DNA from: Eledone cirrhosa
Taxonomy: Eukaryota
Length of the DNA stretch: 64,000 nt
Direction: 5' to 3'
Assembly (NCBI GenBank): GCA_964016885.1
Contig: OZ024755.1
Coordinates: forward strand, 11,718,001-11,782,000
Shown here: piece by piece, positions 61,183 through 64,000 of the stretch
How the letters are laid out: each line of letters begins with the position of its first letter
Numbering within the stretch: the first letter of the stretch is position 1
Program-made: the position numbers and the translations under genes
The notes under the pieces: generated by a model
Databases searched by the model: none
What the model saw: the letters and a program-made list of their open reading frames with translations, nothing else
Told to the model about the DNA's origin: nothing

Positions 61183-61996
61183 AAAGAACATAAAAAGCCG
61201 TAATGAAAAAAACCTTAATAATAATAATTATCATAATAATAATTATCATAATAATGATAATAATAATTATTATTATTATTTCTTTAAAAATAATATTAAT
61301 ATTAGTGGTGGTGGAGGTGGTAGTGGTGGGGGTGCAGCTGCTACTGGTTGTGGTTGTGGAGGTGGTGGTGATAATGTCAATAAAATTAAGCCCCCTGAAT
61401 CGAAATATTGCATGAAGCTTTCGGCTATGCTTAAAGCAACGAAGATCTAAATATAAAGACACCGATGCACTCTGCACGTACATGTTTCCATTGGGTGTTG
61501 TAAAAATATCCATGTTTCTTTGTTTTTTTCTACATACACTTGTTTATTTAGAATTTAACAGGAAAATTAGCAGAAGTGACGTTTTAATAGAAAAAATGTT
61601 TTAAGCCAGAGGCATTTATGACACTTTTGCGGATGTTGCGGTTGATCTGAGAGCTGAGCAATTATGATGAGAAAGTTGTCGTGTCTTTATTGTGTAAAAG
61701 ATGTACAGATTAGAATTTGTAGGTCATACAAGCTTAACCTCCTTGCTCCAACTAAATACGTCTATGGTTTGTACTTGTATGGGATGGGGGCGACTTTTTT
61801 TCTTTCTTTTTGAGGGTATTCAAATACCGGAAGTCATCACTGTTGCGGATGTTTACGAAAGTTGAATTTAATATGGCTTCGTATTAGCCGACCCTCAGAT
61901 ACGTATATTTGTATATAATTTAAATATGTATGAAATATGTAACTATAACAGAACGGTCTGTGGAACTACTAGTTCGATAAAATTCGACTAAAGCCG

Positions 61997-62031
<35 letters not shown>

Positions 62032-62433
62032 GAATGATGAGGGGGGGGGGGGGGGGTAAAGTTCCATACAAATCAAAGGTTAGAGCGAGAAAGTAAAAGT
62101 GAAAAAGCACAGAAGTATAATTATATAATTATTCATTTTTTCCTTTAATCGGACAGATTGAATAATTTTATAATTGTTACATTAAGTGGATTTAAATGTT
62201 ATCAAATATTACAGGTTTCGAGATCAAGACTTACCCCTGGACAAGTCACCAGTTCATCTTAGGGTTAAACTCCCGGCTATTGCTGCTACTCATTTTCAAC
62301 TGAGTATACCGGAGCAACGTGAAATGAAGTATTTTGCTTAGGAAAACAACACACAACCTAGTTTAGGAATCGAACCCTCGACATTATGATCGTAAATCCA
62401 ACGCAATTACCACTAGGCCACACGCCACCAAAT

Positions 62434-62709
62434 TGTTACCGACAAAGCCTAATTTTGAAAACTCAACTTTTATATTAACATATAAGAAGAGTGAACAGGA
62501 AAATGCAATAGAAGTGAATAAAACAATGCAATAATGGTATATTAGTCCCACGCTTAATAGACCTGAAAACCAGACTTAATGAATTCGGACGCTAATCCTT
62601 CATCGGCAAATAGACACAGAGAAAAGTAAAAAGAAGACAGCAGAGAATAAAACAAATCAGGAAATACGAAGAGAGGAGAAACTACGTATCGTTGTTAGTC
62701 AACCACGAG

Positions 62710-62749
<40 letters not shown>

Positions 62750-63119
62750 GGGGTGTGTGTGTGTTTATTTTGCTTGAAATAAATATTTTCTCTTGTTTGT
62801 ATATTTCTGACAATGTACCAGTTATATTGTAGCAGGTGTTACAGACAAAGCCTAATTTTGAAAACTCAACTTTTATATTAACATATAAGAAGAGTGAACA
62901 GGAAAATGCAATAGAAGTGAATAAAACAATGCAATCATGGTATATTAGACCCACGCTTAATAGACCTGAAAACCAGACTTAATGAATTCGGACGCTAGTC
63001 CTTCATCGGCAAATAGACACAGAGAAAAGTAAAAAGAAGACAGCAGAGAATAAAAAAAATCAGGAGATACGAAGAGCGGATAAACTACGTATCGTTGTTC
63101 GTTGTTAGTCAACCACGAG

Positions 63120-63166
<47 letters not shown>

Positions 63167-63228
63167 ATTATTTTCTCTTGTTTGTATATTTCTGACAATG
63201 TATCTACCAGTTATATTGTAGCAGGTGT
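62434..63228. repeat. Tandem duplication, 403-bp period, 2 units, each with (TA)(TG)n and a degenerate hammerhead-like motif on the minus strand
   Basis: GACAAAGCCTAATTTTGAAAAC at 62441 and 62844; minus strand CCGATGA a gga[t/c]-tagc-gtcc GAAT at 62583-62606 and 62986-63009. Confidence 0.9.
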
Positions 63229-64000
63229 CTATGATAATGCGGAGAAGCCGAATTCCTTCCATGTTTGTTACAAACAATTATAGAAATATGTTGACGGTAA
63301 CACCAAAATATTAAACACGGACAACAACAAAGAAAATAGATATAAGCACTACCGATGCCAGGGGCAACGCCTCGTGAATCAGTCATGGCGACTGTAGTAT
63401 TATTAAAGACAATATAATCACAATGACAACAATAGTTATATAGGATTTGGATCCTCCAATCAAAAACATGTTTCTAAATGTCGTAACTTCAAGTACACAG
63501 AGATATAACAAAACATGTATCACAAAAATACACCAGGAAAGTCAGCAATACCTCGCAATCGAAAATAATGGAAGGGACTTCCGTCGGTTTCGACGTCCCG
63601 TATTCTAGTAGTTTGCTCAGCGGATCACCCCACTCGTGAAATTACCGTCTAAGTGGTTGAACATTCCACATGACACATGTACACTTCACGTAACTCCCAT
63701 GGAAATCTAACTGGCTTCCAAAGTCTCCACCAACCCATACCATTCCTCACGCGATGAGTCAACCCGAGGCTTGTGTCACACAGTGGGAATTAACTCTTTA
63801 TCTAATGATTCAGTACCATTAACTCCGTTAACGGTACATGTGTTCGAAGAATGCTCAGTCACTTGCCCGATAATATCACGGGCAGGCTATTCTGCCGACG
63901 ACCAGTAACTGGTATACTCATCGTCGTAACCGACGGAGATCCAACATGTGTTTATGGGTATGCATGTGTCTGTGTGTGATTCGGAGAACGGCCGTCAAGT

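Overview
This is AT-rich, repeat-saturated eukaryotic DNA with no supportable host protein-coding exon. The SINE content and kilobase (TA)n arrays suggest a coleoid cephalopod (Octopus-like) intron or intergenic region; that assignment is inference. Nearly all long ORFs in the track are translations of microsatellites. The real content is transposon-derived: a Penelope-like (PLE) GIY-YIG 3' end, a 5'-truncated R4/Dong-type retrotransposon inside (CATA)n, CRE and RTE LINE remnants, a decayed hAT transposase, a complete non-autonomous Helitron, and many tRNA-derived SINEs. The most notable pattern is that short unique islands in or beside the (TA)n arrays repeatedly contain type I hammerhead ribozyme motifs, folded here by eye. 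Six have an intact core and all six cleave at NUA; about five more are degenerate. Several islands share a GTATTGAGTAC 3' motif and have fold-back junctions. Also present are a 536-bp near-spacerless palindrome with two divergent tRNA-like cloverleaves and a 300-bp element with a fixed 5' end that appears to share the (CATA)n target of the R4/Dong LINE.
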